DNA of 64,000 nucleotides from positions 190,774,001 through 190,838,000 of the forward strand of contig OX597815.1 in NCBI GenBank assembly GCA_951406725.2, given 5' to 3'. The position numbers and the translations under genes are program-made. Shown here piece by piece: positions 53,677-64,000 of the stretch. Source of the DNA: Octopus vulgaris (taxonomy: Eukaryota). How positions within the stretch are numbered: the stretch's first letter is position 1; each line of letters begins with the position of its first letter. A model generated the notes under the pieces. It saw only the letters and a list, made by a program, of their open reading frames with translations. It did not search any database and was not told where the DNA came from.

Positions 53677-53900
53677 GTGATGCCAGCACTTGCAGCTGGA
53701 ACTCAGCTTGATAATAACTGCCTGTGCATAGGTCTTTTCCAGAGACTTGGTCTCCAGATCTGTGAACCTCATAAATGCCGCTGCAGATCTACTGCGGATT
53801 CTTTCAGCCTCCACTCACTGTCCTGCTGCCAAAGTGCTGGCTGCCTTCCATGCCATGCTACCCTTAACAAGATCATAAAGCATGGCCTAGATGCTGCAGA
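53677..53900 (+). mobile_element. CRE-like non-LTR retrotransposon zinc-knuckle remnant
   Basis: RLGLQICEPHKCRC.....SLHSLSCCQSAGCLPCHATLNKIIK: a CCHC knuckle preceding the RLE domain. Confidence 0.65.
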
Positions 53901-55286
53901 TTTATACAAGTTAATGTGGGGAAAACAAAATAGAAATTTTGAAAGAAATACTTATAACACTAGATTTTAAACATCAAATGGCTAGGTGGCGGCGGGGGGG
54001 CACCAGAATAAAAATAGTTATCAAAGGGGGCCCATGCAAGTAATATAATAAATTGAGGATCCACAAGGAGTACTTTAAGGGTCCGTGAAAAAATGTGACT
54101 TTGGATGTGTTTATTGCAAGAAACAGGCTGAGGTTTCTTTCTTTAACATTTTACATAATTCAACATACACCAGTTAATGTGTGAAAAACAAAATAGAAAT
54201 TTGAAAGAAGGATCTATAAAACTAGTTTTTAAAACATTGATTGGCTATGGAGGTCCATCAGAATAAAACAGTAATCAAAGAGGTCCGTAGATGAAATAAG
54301 GGTCGAGACTCGCTGCTCTACACTGTCTCCACATTAGTAAATGTATTCTTTTTCCTTGCCACTTCAATGCATGTCTCTGTATTTGTGGGTGTTTGTAATA
54401 TTCACTTTTTTCCCGATAGCTTGCTAAAACAGTGATCAATAAACACAAACAGATGTGTACATACAGTTGACACACAGAAAATGAAAATAAACATTTTGTT
54501 GTAAGAAAAATCATTTTGTATTTAATCAAAATATTGTTTTAGTAAAATTATTTGTTAAAAATCATCTGAAGTTTGGGTGTGTTTTTTTCATTCATTTTTT
54601 TTTTTTTTGCTTTAAAGTTCGTTTTAACAATTAACAAAAAGTTAGTTTCTTTCTTATACGTGGAGAAAATTTTCGAAATAGTTATTAAAAGATGGCATGA
54701 AACTGCACAAGAAATGTTAATTTACCAGCAGAGTGTGTCCTTCATTAAATTAAATGACCTTGAAAATGTTTGACATGTTCTTCCTTGATAGGGATACAAA
54801 TTTATGAAAATGCTGGCCATTTCGTCTCCACTGGAGTGAATTTAAGTCATGAGAGGGTCAAAAGCAACTGTTAAAGCAGTTTCTAAACAGAAAATTATTT
54901 CGTTTTTAAAAAAATCTTTTTAAATAAAATTTTGTTTTGTTCAGCAAACAATTATTGCTACATGGTTTTCTTAGAATTTCCATTAATCTTTTCAAACTGC
55001 AAATCTCTTAAATTTGGAACAGTCTGAACCTGATATCAATAAACTGAAAGAACTAACGATGTTTAAATTCACCGATATAAAGGAAAGATCAGGAACCACA
55101 AAAGACTATAACAGAGCAATATATCTCTTAATATGTAATCAGTCCAAAGTTGGGTTACACACGCACACACACTAACACACAAGGAGTTGGTTTAAATAAA
55201 TAAATAAATTTATAAATAAATAGATAAATAAATAGTTCAATAAATATATATATAAATAAATAAAACAGTCCAACAGTTCGAGAGAT

Positions 55287-55458
55287 CTAGTTGAAGAGCA
55301 AGTCATTGTACTGACTAAGCAAACTAACAATGCTGGTGTTGTAGTTAATGGTCGTCCTCACAACTCGCTTCTTGTCAGCACGTTCGAAGTTTGATTTGAC
55401 CATTTCGTAATATTCACCATCACTTAGAGTTATGGATCGAAGGTGTGGGCAACGCAGT
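55287..55458 (-). CDS. Terminal exon of the same F-box/LRR-type protein
   Basis: Strong acceptor tctctctgtctctttttcag|A. Encodes LRCPHLRSITLSDGEYYEMVKSNFERADKKRVVRTTINYNTSIVSLLSQYNDLLFN then TAG (55287-55289). Phase matches the upstream exon. Confidence 0.88.
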
Positions 55459-55666
55459 CTGAAAAAGAGAGACAGAGAGAAAGAGAGACCATCCATGAAT
55501 ATGACAGTGGGAAATTTCCTTAACAATAAATTCTTCATTTATTGAAGTTCGAGTTTGTTAGTTCTATAAGGATTCTTGCCAACATTCATATTAAACCTTT
55601 CGTAACTGTATTTATTTTGAGATGTTCTGTATTTCTTTCAATTACTTTAAATATAACAAAGAATTG

Positions 55667-55938
55667 TGGAGGCACAATGGCCTAGTGGTCGCAGGATCGC
55701 GGTTTCAATTCCCAGACCGGGCGTTGTGAGAGTTTATTGAGCGAAAACACCTAAAAGCTCCATGAGGCTCCGGCAGGGGGTGGTGATCCCTGCTGTACTC
55801 TTTCACCACTCTTTCTTCTGTTGGCCTGCTCGCTTAGCCAGCGGGGTGGCAACATTCGAAGGCTAAAAAAACAATGCGAACGCATCGTGACCAGCGATGT
55901 GTACCAACATCTGATGGTCTGGTCGGTCACGTGATCAT
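55667..55938 (+). mobile_element. SINE family C in the last intron of the F-box/LRR gene
   Basis: Reverse complement of 1886-2151 and 2883-3132. Confidence 0.85.
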
Positions 55939-56358
55939 GTGATAACAAAAAATTTAGTAAAATAAATGCATTTCAGACAAACAAGATTAATGGTTTCAAA
56001 AATTATACTCGTAATCTTTGCAGTAATAATTTCCGCAAACATCCTAACTCTGCGTTGGTATGATAAGTGCCTCAAGTAGATCCTTTGAGAATCAAGTTTC
56101 TTGCTCTCTACTTAAGTACACTTTATCCAAGCCTAGTACAGTCCTTATAAGTGACCCACAGTCATGTAAACAGGATTGTAGATATGATAAATAAACAGAA
56201 ACACATCTTATCACTCTCTTTTACTCTTTTATTTGTTTCAGTCATTTGACTGTGGCCATGCTGGAGCACCGCCTTTAGTCGAGCAAATCATAGACCAACT
56301 TCCAGCCATAAAGTGACAACAGAACTGATAGAAAATAAATTAAAGCAGTGCTCTCCAG

Positions 56359-56542
56359 CAGGGGCATAGCCAGGTTTTAAAGTTTTTTTTTTGGTGGGGG
56401 GACATAAAAAAAAAGGGCACCATGACACATACCAAGCAATTTTTAACTCATTAATTATACATTCTACAAAAGGTGTCAATTTTGAAAAACGTGCTCAGTG
56501 GGGGTGGTCACTTTCCTGATTCCTCTATTACTTACACCACTG
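56359..56542. mobile_element. hAT-like MITE in the F-box/LRR intron
   Basis: Imperfect TIRs CAGGGGCATAG/TTACACCACTG; 8-bp TSD CTCTCCAG/CTCTCCAT. Confidence 0.65.
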
Positions 56543-56605
56543 CTCTCCATTAACAGAATATATATATATATATATATAAAAGGAAGAATGAGATGCAAAA
56601 CTTAC

Positions 56606-56785
56606 CGAATATGATCCACAAATTTGTTACTTTTATCACTGAAGCGGATGGTGTCAGGATCCCACTGGATTTCCAGCCGATCCATATAAGCACAATGTTG
56701 AGCAAAAGCTTCTATTATTTGATCAATGTGCACACGGGTATTGATGCGTAGAAACCAACCATTTGCTGTTCCTAGTCGACAAATT
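56606..56785 (-). CDS. Penultimate exon of an F-box/leucine-rich-repeat-type protein
   Basis: Acceptor ttcctcttttattcag|A and donor CG|gtaagt; 180 nt, phase 2 to phase 2. Encodes ICRLGTANGWFLRINTRVHIDQIIEAFAQHCAYMDRLEIQWDPDTIRFSDKSNKFVDHIR and splices in frame to 55458. Resembles, from memory, the C-terminus of an invertebrate F-box/LRR family (LE.RWDP..LRFSDKS motif). Confidence 0.88.
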
Positions 56786-57403
56786 CTGAATAAAAGAGGA
56801 AATACAAATGAAATAAGATGTGACTAATTAATGCATGAATAAATAACAATGTGAATTTTCATCAGAAAAAAACAGATGAGTAAAATGCTGCTCAAAAGGT
56901 CTGTGTTGCTGGGTGAGTAGTTGTGAGAAAATGAGAGAAGTTTGAGGTTTGGCTTGTTGGCTGAAATTTCAGTTTGTTGAGACGTCTATTTTAAAGAAGA
57001 TATCATCATCATCATCATCATCACTATCATCATCACCAACACCATCATCACCACCACCTCAAATCCTATTTAAGTTAATTTTGCTTTTCATCCTTCTAAG
57101 GTTGATAAAAATAAAAATACCAATCAAGTACTGGGACCAGTTTAACCCTTTTAGCATTTAAAACAGGCCATATCCGGCCCAAATTTTCAACCTGTTTAAT
57201 GCTCAAACTGGTTAGATCTGAACTCTCACGCCTACTTTACAATGTCATTATAAAAACAATCACATCATCAAAATCTCAAAGTTACAACATAATGCATGAT
57301 TAATTCAAACCAATGCAAATAAGAAGGCATACATTTGACAGGGTAATTTGAATGCTAAACGGTTAATTCATTGTCCTATTCTTCCTAAATTTTAGACTTT
57401 GTA

Positions 57404-57620
57404 CAGAGTTGGCCAAAACCCATTTAATTCCAAGATTAACGCAAAGGATTATTTTATATGAGACTTCACTAATAAATAGACAAATGTTGCAAAAAAAAAA
57501 AACGGTGATTTTAACTCACAGCATTCAATTATTAAACATAATTGGAATGAATAAATAAAATTAAATATTAAGTATTTATGGAATTTTGATTTACTGTTGG
57601 GTGACTTTTGGCCAAGCCTG
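57404..57620. mobile_element. Tc1/mariner-type MITE
   Basis: TA|CAGAGTTGGCCAAAA ... TTTTGGCCAAGCCTG|TA. Confidence 0.7.
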
Positions 57621-58959
57621 TATTTATGAGAGAAATCATTATTATTAAAATAATAATGTGAAGTACAATGGAATGGTAGAAATAGCAGAGTGGCACACTA
57701 AATTCTTTGCATTAATTAGTGAGAGCCTTTCAACCCTCTTGGTGTTGACTTAAACTTTTAACAACACAGAGTCAATAAAATTATTAAAATAAAGGGGCTG
57801 TGGGAAAATTCATTCAACACTGCTCCTTCCTCTCCCTTAATATGTGGTCCAGTACTGCTGTAAGAAATTATTGTTAGAATTGACCAATAGCCAAGGGCTG
57901 GATTTTGGGATACAGTTATGCCACATTCCCATCAACATCCATCAGTTAGTTGCCTATAAACCCTCAATTTGTTACTGTCAAGCTTTAAAAGATAACAGTA
58001 GATTTATATATTTTGATAAATATGAAAATACTATGTTATGTATCAATCATCTTAAACAGTTTGTTAAAAAAGATTTCAAATGAAATAACATTGTCATATT
58101 TTGTAAGAAAAATTAATCATTTGTGAATAACAAAATTCATTTATGACTTCATTTACTAACTTCTATAGACATCTCTTTCCATCTGATATTACTCTGGTAA
58201 CTGATTTTATTTTTATTTTAATTACTGACAATCATTGTTAAGGCCAAGGATAATTAACTGGTTTGATATTTATATTTCAACATATTTAAACAAAAAAAAA
58301 ACATCTTCATGCAATTTCAGTTTTTCTCTCAAAAGAAAAAAAAGAGAAAGGAGAGAGAAAGTGTGTGGTAATGTGTGTGTGTGTACATATGACAAGCTTC
58401 TTTCAGTTTCCATCTACCATGCTTGCATGTGTGTGTGTGCGAAAGCGAGAGAGAGAGAACAGTCTTAGTATATCAAAATTCTGAATAGCTGCTGTTAAAC
58501 CCATTCCTAGTACAAAGGGAGGCTACTGTTGATGGCATATTGATTTCTAAACAAGCATTCAGTCACAAATTTTAGTGGCGGACACGGTCGATTATATTGT
58601 GGTTATTACTTTATTTTATCAACCTCAGATGGGTAAAAAAAAAAAAAGTGAGAGTGGTCATATTCAAAGCATAAACGAGGGATCGAACATAACATCGGCT
58701 GGATCTTTCCCTGGCCCTGAATAAGCTACTACTCGCTTATTACAAATTTTACAAAGTGACCCAGCTTATTACAAATTTTACCCATGAGAATATATGACAA
58801 CAACGATACTGCCAATGAAATCAAGCATCCATTATACCTGTGGTATCCACCATTGTAACAACTATTCATACCTGGGTGGATCAAGCCATAAAGACCGAAG
58901 AGAGCGCCTAAGGCACATCGTTGGCCTGCGGACAAACTTGAAACTATCGGTCTTCTAGT

Positions 58960-59147
58960 TTATTGTTTTGTTTGTTTCAGTCATTTGACTGCAGTCATGC
59001 TGGAGCACCGCCTTCAGTCAAACAGATCAACTCCAGGACTTACTTTTTGTAAGCTTAATATTTAGTCTCTTTTGCCGAACCACTAAGTTACAGGCATATA
59101 AACACACCAACATCGGTTGTCAAGCGATGGTGGAGGAACAAACACGA

Positions 59148-59178
<31 letters not shown>

Positions 59179-59352
59179 TGTATATATACGATGGGCTTCT
59201 TTGAGTTTCCATCTACCAAATCCATTCACAAGGCTTCGGTCAGCCTGAGGCTACAGTAGAAGGCACATGCTCAAGGTGCCATGCAGTGGGACTGAACCCA
59301 GAGCTATATGGTTGGTAAGCAAGCCATTTACCACACAGCCTCTCCTGTGCCT
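58960..59352 (-). mobile_element. SINE family A
   Basis: Reverse-complement match; probably intronic to the F-box/LRR gene. Confidence 0.85.
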
Positions 59353-60245
59353 ATGTAGACATCCTTTGATTGAAAGGAAAATCTTTATTCATTCAGAACT
59401 TTACATTAATTTTTTAAATCTTTATTCAATTAATTAATTAATTAATTAATTAATTAATATATTTATTGCATACAATATTGGCAGTGCCCCAGCATGTCCT
59501 CAGCCTTAGGACTGAAACGTGCAAAAGAATAAAAGAATAATTAGCATATCTATACACAAGCAATTTATTTCAAACATTGCCACTGGCTTCTTTGAGTTAT
59601 TTCCCATATCTTGTTTAGTGGTTCCCAAAGTGGACAGTACCCCACCCCCATCATTTTTCTTTTGAAGGATGCATACAGAGTATTAATGAGTTTAAGAAAT
59701 TAAAAACTATATATAGTAAGTGTATCTAAGTGATGGGTTACATATATTCAGGAATATATATACTACAAAAGAACACACTTGCCCAAAGTGCTGGACAGTG
59801 AGATCAAATTCAGAACCAAGTGGTTCAAAAATCAATTCTTTAGTCACATAGCCAGATCTGCACCTAGGAAGCAATTTAAATATGTTTTCCTTAATAATTG
59901 TGTCTGGGCATGTCATAACACAGATAAGTGAATTCTCTGAATACCAGACAACCAGCTGAGATATCATATTTTGTCATCGTTGTTACCTTAAATATGTGGC
60001 TGAGACATTTAACTCCCAATGGCTGAGTTCATCTAGCTCTAAGCTGTCATTATTGTTTAGATTGAGGTTAGCTTTGGTGCAAATAGGTCAGTCATCAAAA
60101 GCATTCCAGCTATGATCATCCTGTCTTTTTCTCTTCACTTTTTAAGACATAATGTATCTTTTGTATCATTATACAATGTGCTTTTTCTTATATGCTGACA
60201 GGGTGTGTTTCCTTTTTCCTTTTTCAAGGTGATTAGGCTACATAG

Positions 60246-60674
60246 GAACTAAGGTAACACCTCTTATTTTTCGAGCACCTTCCAGAGTATTCAAGTGGTT
60301 CCAAGCAGTGCTGTTTTCTGCAAGTGCTCCACTCTAATTGCAGCCCCTATTTCTTCCATGTACTTCTCAAGATTTTTACTCACTGTTCCCAGGGCTCCAA
60401 CAATTATTGGTACTACTACCATCTTTTTCATCGACCGCAACTGATTAACCTCCCGAGCTAACCTGTCATATCTGTCGACTTTTCTTTCTTCCTTATCGCA
60501 TACCTTGTTGTCAGCTGGGCATGCTATATCTATGATCCAGCAGTGCTTGGAACCGCTCGAATACTCAGGAAGGTGCTTGAAAAATAAGAGGTGTTACCTT
60601 AGTTCACTGGTAGTGAACAGCTGACACTGTAGTACATCTCCAGCATTAGAAGCTGTGCAAAGGCAATAATCATA

Positions 60675-60675
<1 letters not shown>
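60246..60675. mobile_element. R4/Dong-like RLE LINE 3' end with an inverted upstream part
   Basis: Minus 60246-60547 encodes CWIIDIACPADNKVCDKEERKVDRYDRLAREV...VPIIVGALGTV. Plus 60546-60675 carries the 3' terminus and an (AAT)-type tail. Confidence 0.8.
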
Positions 60676-60706
<31 letters not shown>

Positions 60707-60784
60707 AAGAAGAATCCTTCCTACAATAGGCACAAGGCCTGAAATTTGAGGGGAGTAGTGTAAGTGGATCGCATCAACCCCAGT

Positions 60785-61110
60785 ACTTATTCTTTGTAAG
60801 CCTAGTACTTATTCTATCGGTCTCTCTTGCCGAACCGCTAAGTAATTGGGATGTAAACACAGCCTCAGTTGTCAAGCGGTGTTGGGGTGGGGTGGAACAC
60901 AGACACACATACATATATGTGTGTGTGTGTATATATGTATGTCTGTATATATACAACAGGCTTCTTTCAGTTTCCGTCTACCAAATCCACTCACAAGGCT
61001 TTGGTCGGCCCGAGGCTATAGTAGAAGACACTTGCCCAAGGTGCCATGCAGTGGGACTGAACCCTGAACTATGTGGTTGGTAAGCAAGCTACTTACCACA
61101 CAGCCACTCC
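60785..61110 (-). mobile_element. SINE family A nested in a family B-like SINE
   Basis: Reverse-complement match. Confidence 0.8.
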
Positions 61111-61377
61111 GAAAGGATGAAAGGTAAAGTCGACCTCAGCAGAATTTGAACTCAGAACATAGCAATGGATGAAATAGTGCTGAGCATTCTGCCCAGCATG
61201 CTAACAATTCTGCCGGCTTGCAATCTTAATAAAAAAAAAAATTATTCTTTTTACTAGAGACACAAAGCCTGGAATTTGTGGGGAGGGGCTAATAGATACT
61301 ATTGACCCCAGTACTCAACTGGCACTTATTTTAATGACCCTGAAAGGATGAAAGACAGAGTTGAAGCTAATAATAAT

Positions 61378-61750
61378 AATAATAATGAAATTATTGTATA
61401 CGGTGCTCAGGTGCACCACAACTTGTCAAAAGTGCGTATAAAGTATATGCAGTAATGTACAAATGTTTGGAAAGTGAACAGTGTATGAGTCAGATACATG
61501 CTTGCGTGTGTATGGAGGGGAGAAAATCAGGTGTAGTGTTGGCGAGTCTCAAGAAGCATGGAAGTTTTGAAGGATGCAGTGCTCCGACAACTAACAACTG
61601 ATGCTGGCAGTTTGTTCCATGCTTCAGCAACTCTTAGCCTGAAAAAAATGTTTCCAAAAGTCATGGGAGCAGTGCTGTTTTCTGACTTTGTAAATATGTC
61701 CACGGGTGTTAGACGAGTGGAGTTCGAAAAGGTGCTCAGAGTTATTATAG
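61378..61750 (-). mobile_element. CR1-like LINE 3' end with an (ATT)n tail
   Basis: FF.LRVAEAWNKLPASVV...TASFK. Shorter relatives lie at 19770-19930 (+) and 48695-48840 (-). Confidence 0.75.
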
Positions 61751-62498
61751 AGTTAATGTATGAAGCTTTAGATTGGATTGGATTGTGTTGCCCATGTTCA
61801 GCCTAGAGCAGGACGAAGGCCTCAGCATGTTCTTCCCCACCGACCACAGTCTGATGTGCAGGCCATGAATTTGAGCTTGAGGTCATATTGGTTTGATGAA
61901 ACAGTTTGGCAGAAGAGTTAGGTTTTTGTATTCTCATCCTGGCGTAGTTAAATTGATTACACCCACACCAGTACATAACTAGTACTTATTTTATCGACCC
62001 TAAAAGGATCAAAGTGAAGGCGGGTGGCTTAGTGGTTAGGGTATCAGCATCATGATCATAAGATTGTAGTTTCGATTCTTGGACCGGTTGACGCGTTGTG
62101 TTCTTGAGCAAAACACTTCATTTCGTGTTGCTCCAGTCCACTCAGCTGACAAAAATTAGTAACGCTGCGATGGACTGGCGTCCCGTCCAGCTGGGGAGCA
62201 CATACGCCATAGAAACCGGGAAACTGGGCCCATGAGCCTGGCTAGGCTTTAGAAGGGCGCATTAAAAGGATGAAAAGCGAAGTCAACATCAGCGGAATTT
62301 GTACTCAATACGTCAAGCTAAAGAATAAAAAGAATTATAATCTAAGGGAAGTAACTCACAATGTTCTACCAATTAGCAGAAATAATTAACGTCTTACCAA
62401 CGTAGCATATGAATTACGGGAGGTATTCAAATACTTATTGCCTATTTTCATAGATCCCACATTTGTATAACTCGTTCACAGTTATTCTGAACTTAAAA

Positions 62499-62892
62499 GG
62501 CGGCGAGCTGGCAGAAACGTTAGCACGCCGGGCGAAATGCGTAGCCGTTACGTTCTGAGTTCAAATTCCGCCGAGGTCGACTTTGCCTTTCATCCTTTCG
62601 GGGTCGATTAAATAAGTACCAGTTACGCACTGGGGTCGATATAATCGACTTAATCCGTTTGTCTGTCCTTGTTTATCCTCTCTGTGTGTAGCCCCTTGTG
62701 GGTAGTAAAGAAATAGGTATTTCGTCTGTCGCTACGTTCTGAGTTCAAATTCCGCCGAGGTCGACTTTGCCTTTCATCCTTTCGGGGTCGAATGAGTACC
62801 AGTTACGCACTGGGGTCGATGTAATTGACTTAATCCCTTTGTCTGTCCTTGTTTGTCCCCTCTTTGTTTAGCCCCTTGACGGTAGTAAAGAA
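62499..62892 (+). mobile_element. tRNA-derived SINE family B, internally duplicated, with a 20-bp TSD
   Basis: Head GGCGGCGAGCTGGCAGAAACGTTAGC...GAGTTCAAATTCCGCC; body repeated twice. Flanked by ACAGTTATTCTGAACTTAAA at 62478-62497 and 62893-62912. Confidence 0.92.
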
Positions 62893-63595
62893 ACAGTTAT
62901 TCTGAACTTAAACACATTTCGTTGCTCATATAGATCACGTAGGAGTCATTTGACCAACAAGTAAAAAAAAAAATTGGGACTCCGTCGGTTACGACGACGA
63001 GTGTTCCAGTTGATCCGATCAACGGAATAGCTTGCTCGTGAAATTAACGTGCAAGTGGCTGAGCACTCCACAGACATGTGTACCCTTAACGTAGTTCATT
63101 TTTGCCAGCTGAGTCGATTGGAGCAATGTGAAGTAAAGTGTCTTGCTCAAGGACACAACGCGTCACCGGGAATTGAACTCACGACCTTACGATCGTGAAC
63201 CGAATACCCCTACCACCAAACCACGCACCTTCATATGACCAACAAGTAATAGCTGGTTAAATCAAATGCTACAATCTTTCAAAAAGAAGGACACCTTGGA
63301 TTTATAGGTCCTTATATACTATGACTGAAAAAGTAGACAGGAAGGTCACTAGTGGAATGACTTCAATCACAGGGTTTATTTTATCAGTCCTAACCCTGAG
63401 ATTAAACTAAGAATTTTATATATATATATATTTTTTGGATTTGGTTTGCAAGATTCTTTGTGTAAGTCAAGACTATTGAAAAGGTTGCAAGACGCAACGA
63501 AAATTTTAGGAAAATAAAGAATAAGTGGAAATTTTACCGGTGAGTGTGTTAAATAATAAGGCACAAAAAGAAAATGACTCTCCCCAAACACAACA

Positions 63596-63635
<40 letters not shown>

Positions 63636-63669
63636 GTGTGTGTGTATCTAACACCAATTGCACTAAACA

Positions 63670-63714
<45 letters not shown>

Positions 63715-64000
63715 CAGTCAAACCAAATTAATAATTTTCGATGGAATGCAGTTTTGCTGCTTTGATTCAAAGTAGACACAAAATAATGAATACCAACATT
63801 TTTTAATGACATCATTAAAAAATTCTATATGCTATTTTAATTATGCTATTACAATTAAATCTCATAACCAAACAAGTGACTTTCTATGTTTGGTTCAAAA
63901 TCATACAAAAGAAGTACACACAAAGCCAGAAGCAGGCGAAGGAACAATAAGCAATGTGTATTAGTTTGACATTCAGGAAGAATGGAAGAATGCTTGGACA

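Noticed and set aside
55459-55538. N-terminal extension of ORF 55287-55538
   Set aside because: Polypyrimidine tract and intron upstream of the acceptor.
59986-60060. Possible upstream exon of the F-box/LRR gene (AG|gtaaca donor)
   Set aside because: Phase fits, but the peptide is not LRR-like and there is no good acceptor.

Overview
AT-rich eukaryotic DNA packed with microsatellites and retroposons. The SINE families and (TA)n/(TATG)n/(CA)n landscape look like an octopus (coleoid cephalopod) genome; this is pattern recognition, not a database result. Only two protein-coding genes are supported, and they are convergent. One is the terminal exon of a CD39/ENTPD-type ecto-apyrase (+, 4037-4264). 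The other is the last two exons of an F-box/LRR-type protein (-, 56606-56785 and 55287-55458). The ~51 kb between them holds at least four tRNA-headed SINE families, an RTE-tailed short element, LINE remnants (CR1-like, RTE, R4/Dong-like, CRE-like), DNA transposon relics (mariner, Tc1, Merlin, hAT and Tigger-like MITEs, a Helitron) and simple repeats. Almost all ORFs in the supplied track are microsatellite or SINE artefacts. The most notable signal is a set of unrelated short non-coding elements carrying type I hammerhead-ribozyme motifs (CUGANGA...GAAA plus a palindromic stem III). Most sit in (TA)n tracts, as partial tandem or fold-back copies. One starts almost exactly at its predicted self-cleavage site, one is fused to a tRNA-like Pol III head, and one sits inside a SINE with a 10-bp TSD. 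Together they suggest a diverse Penelope-dependent retrozyme-like system.
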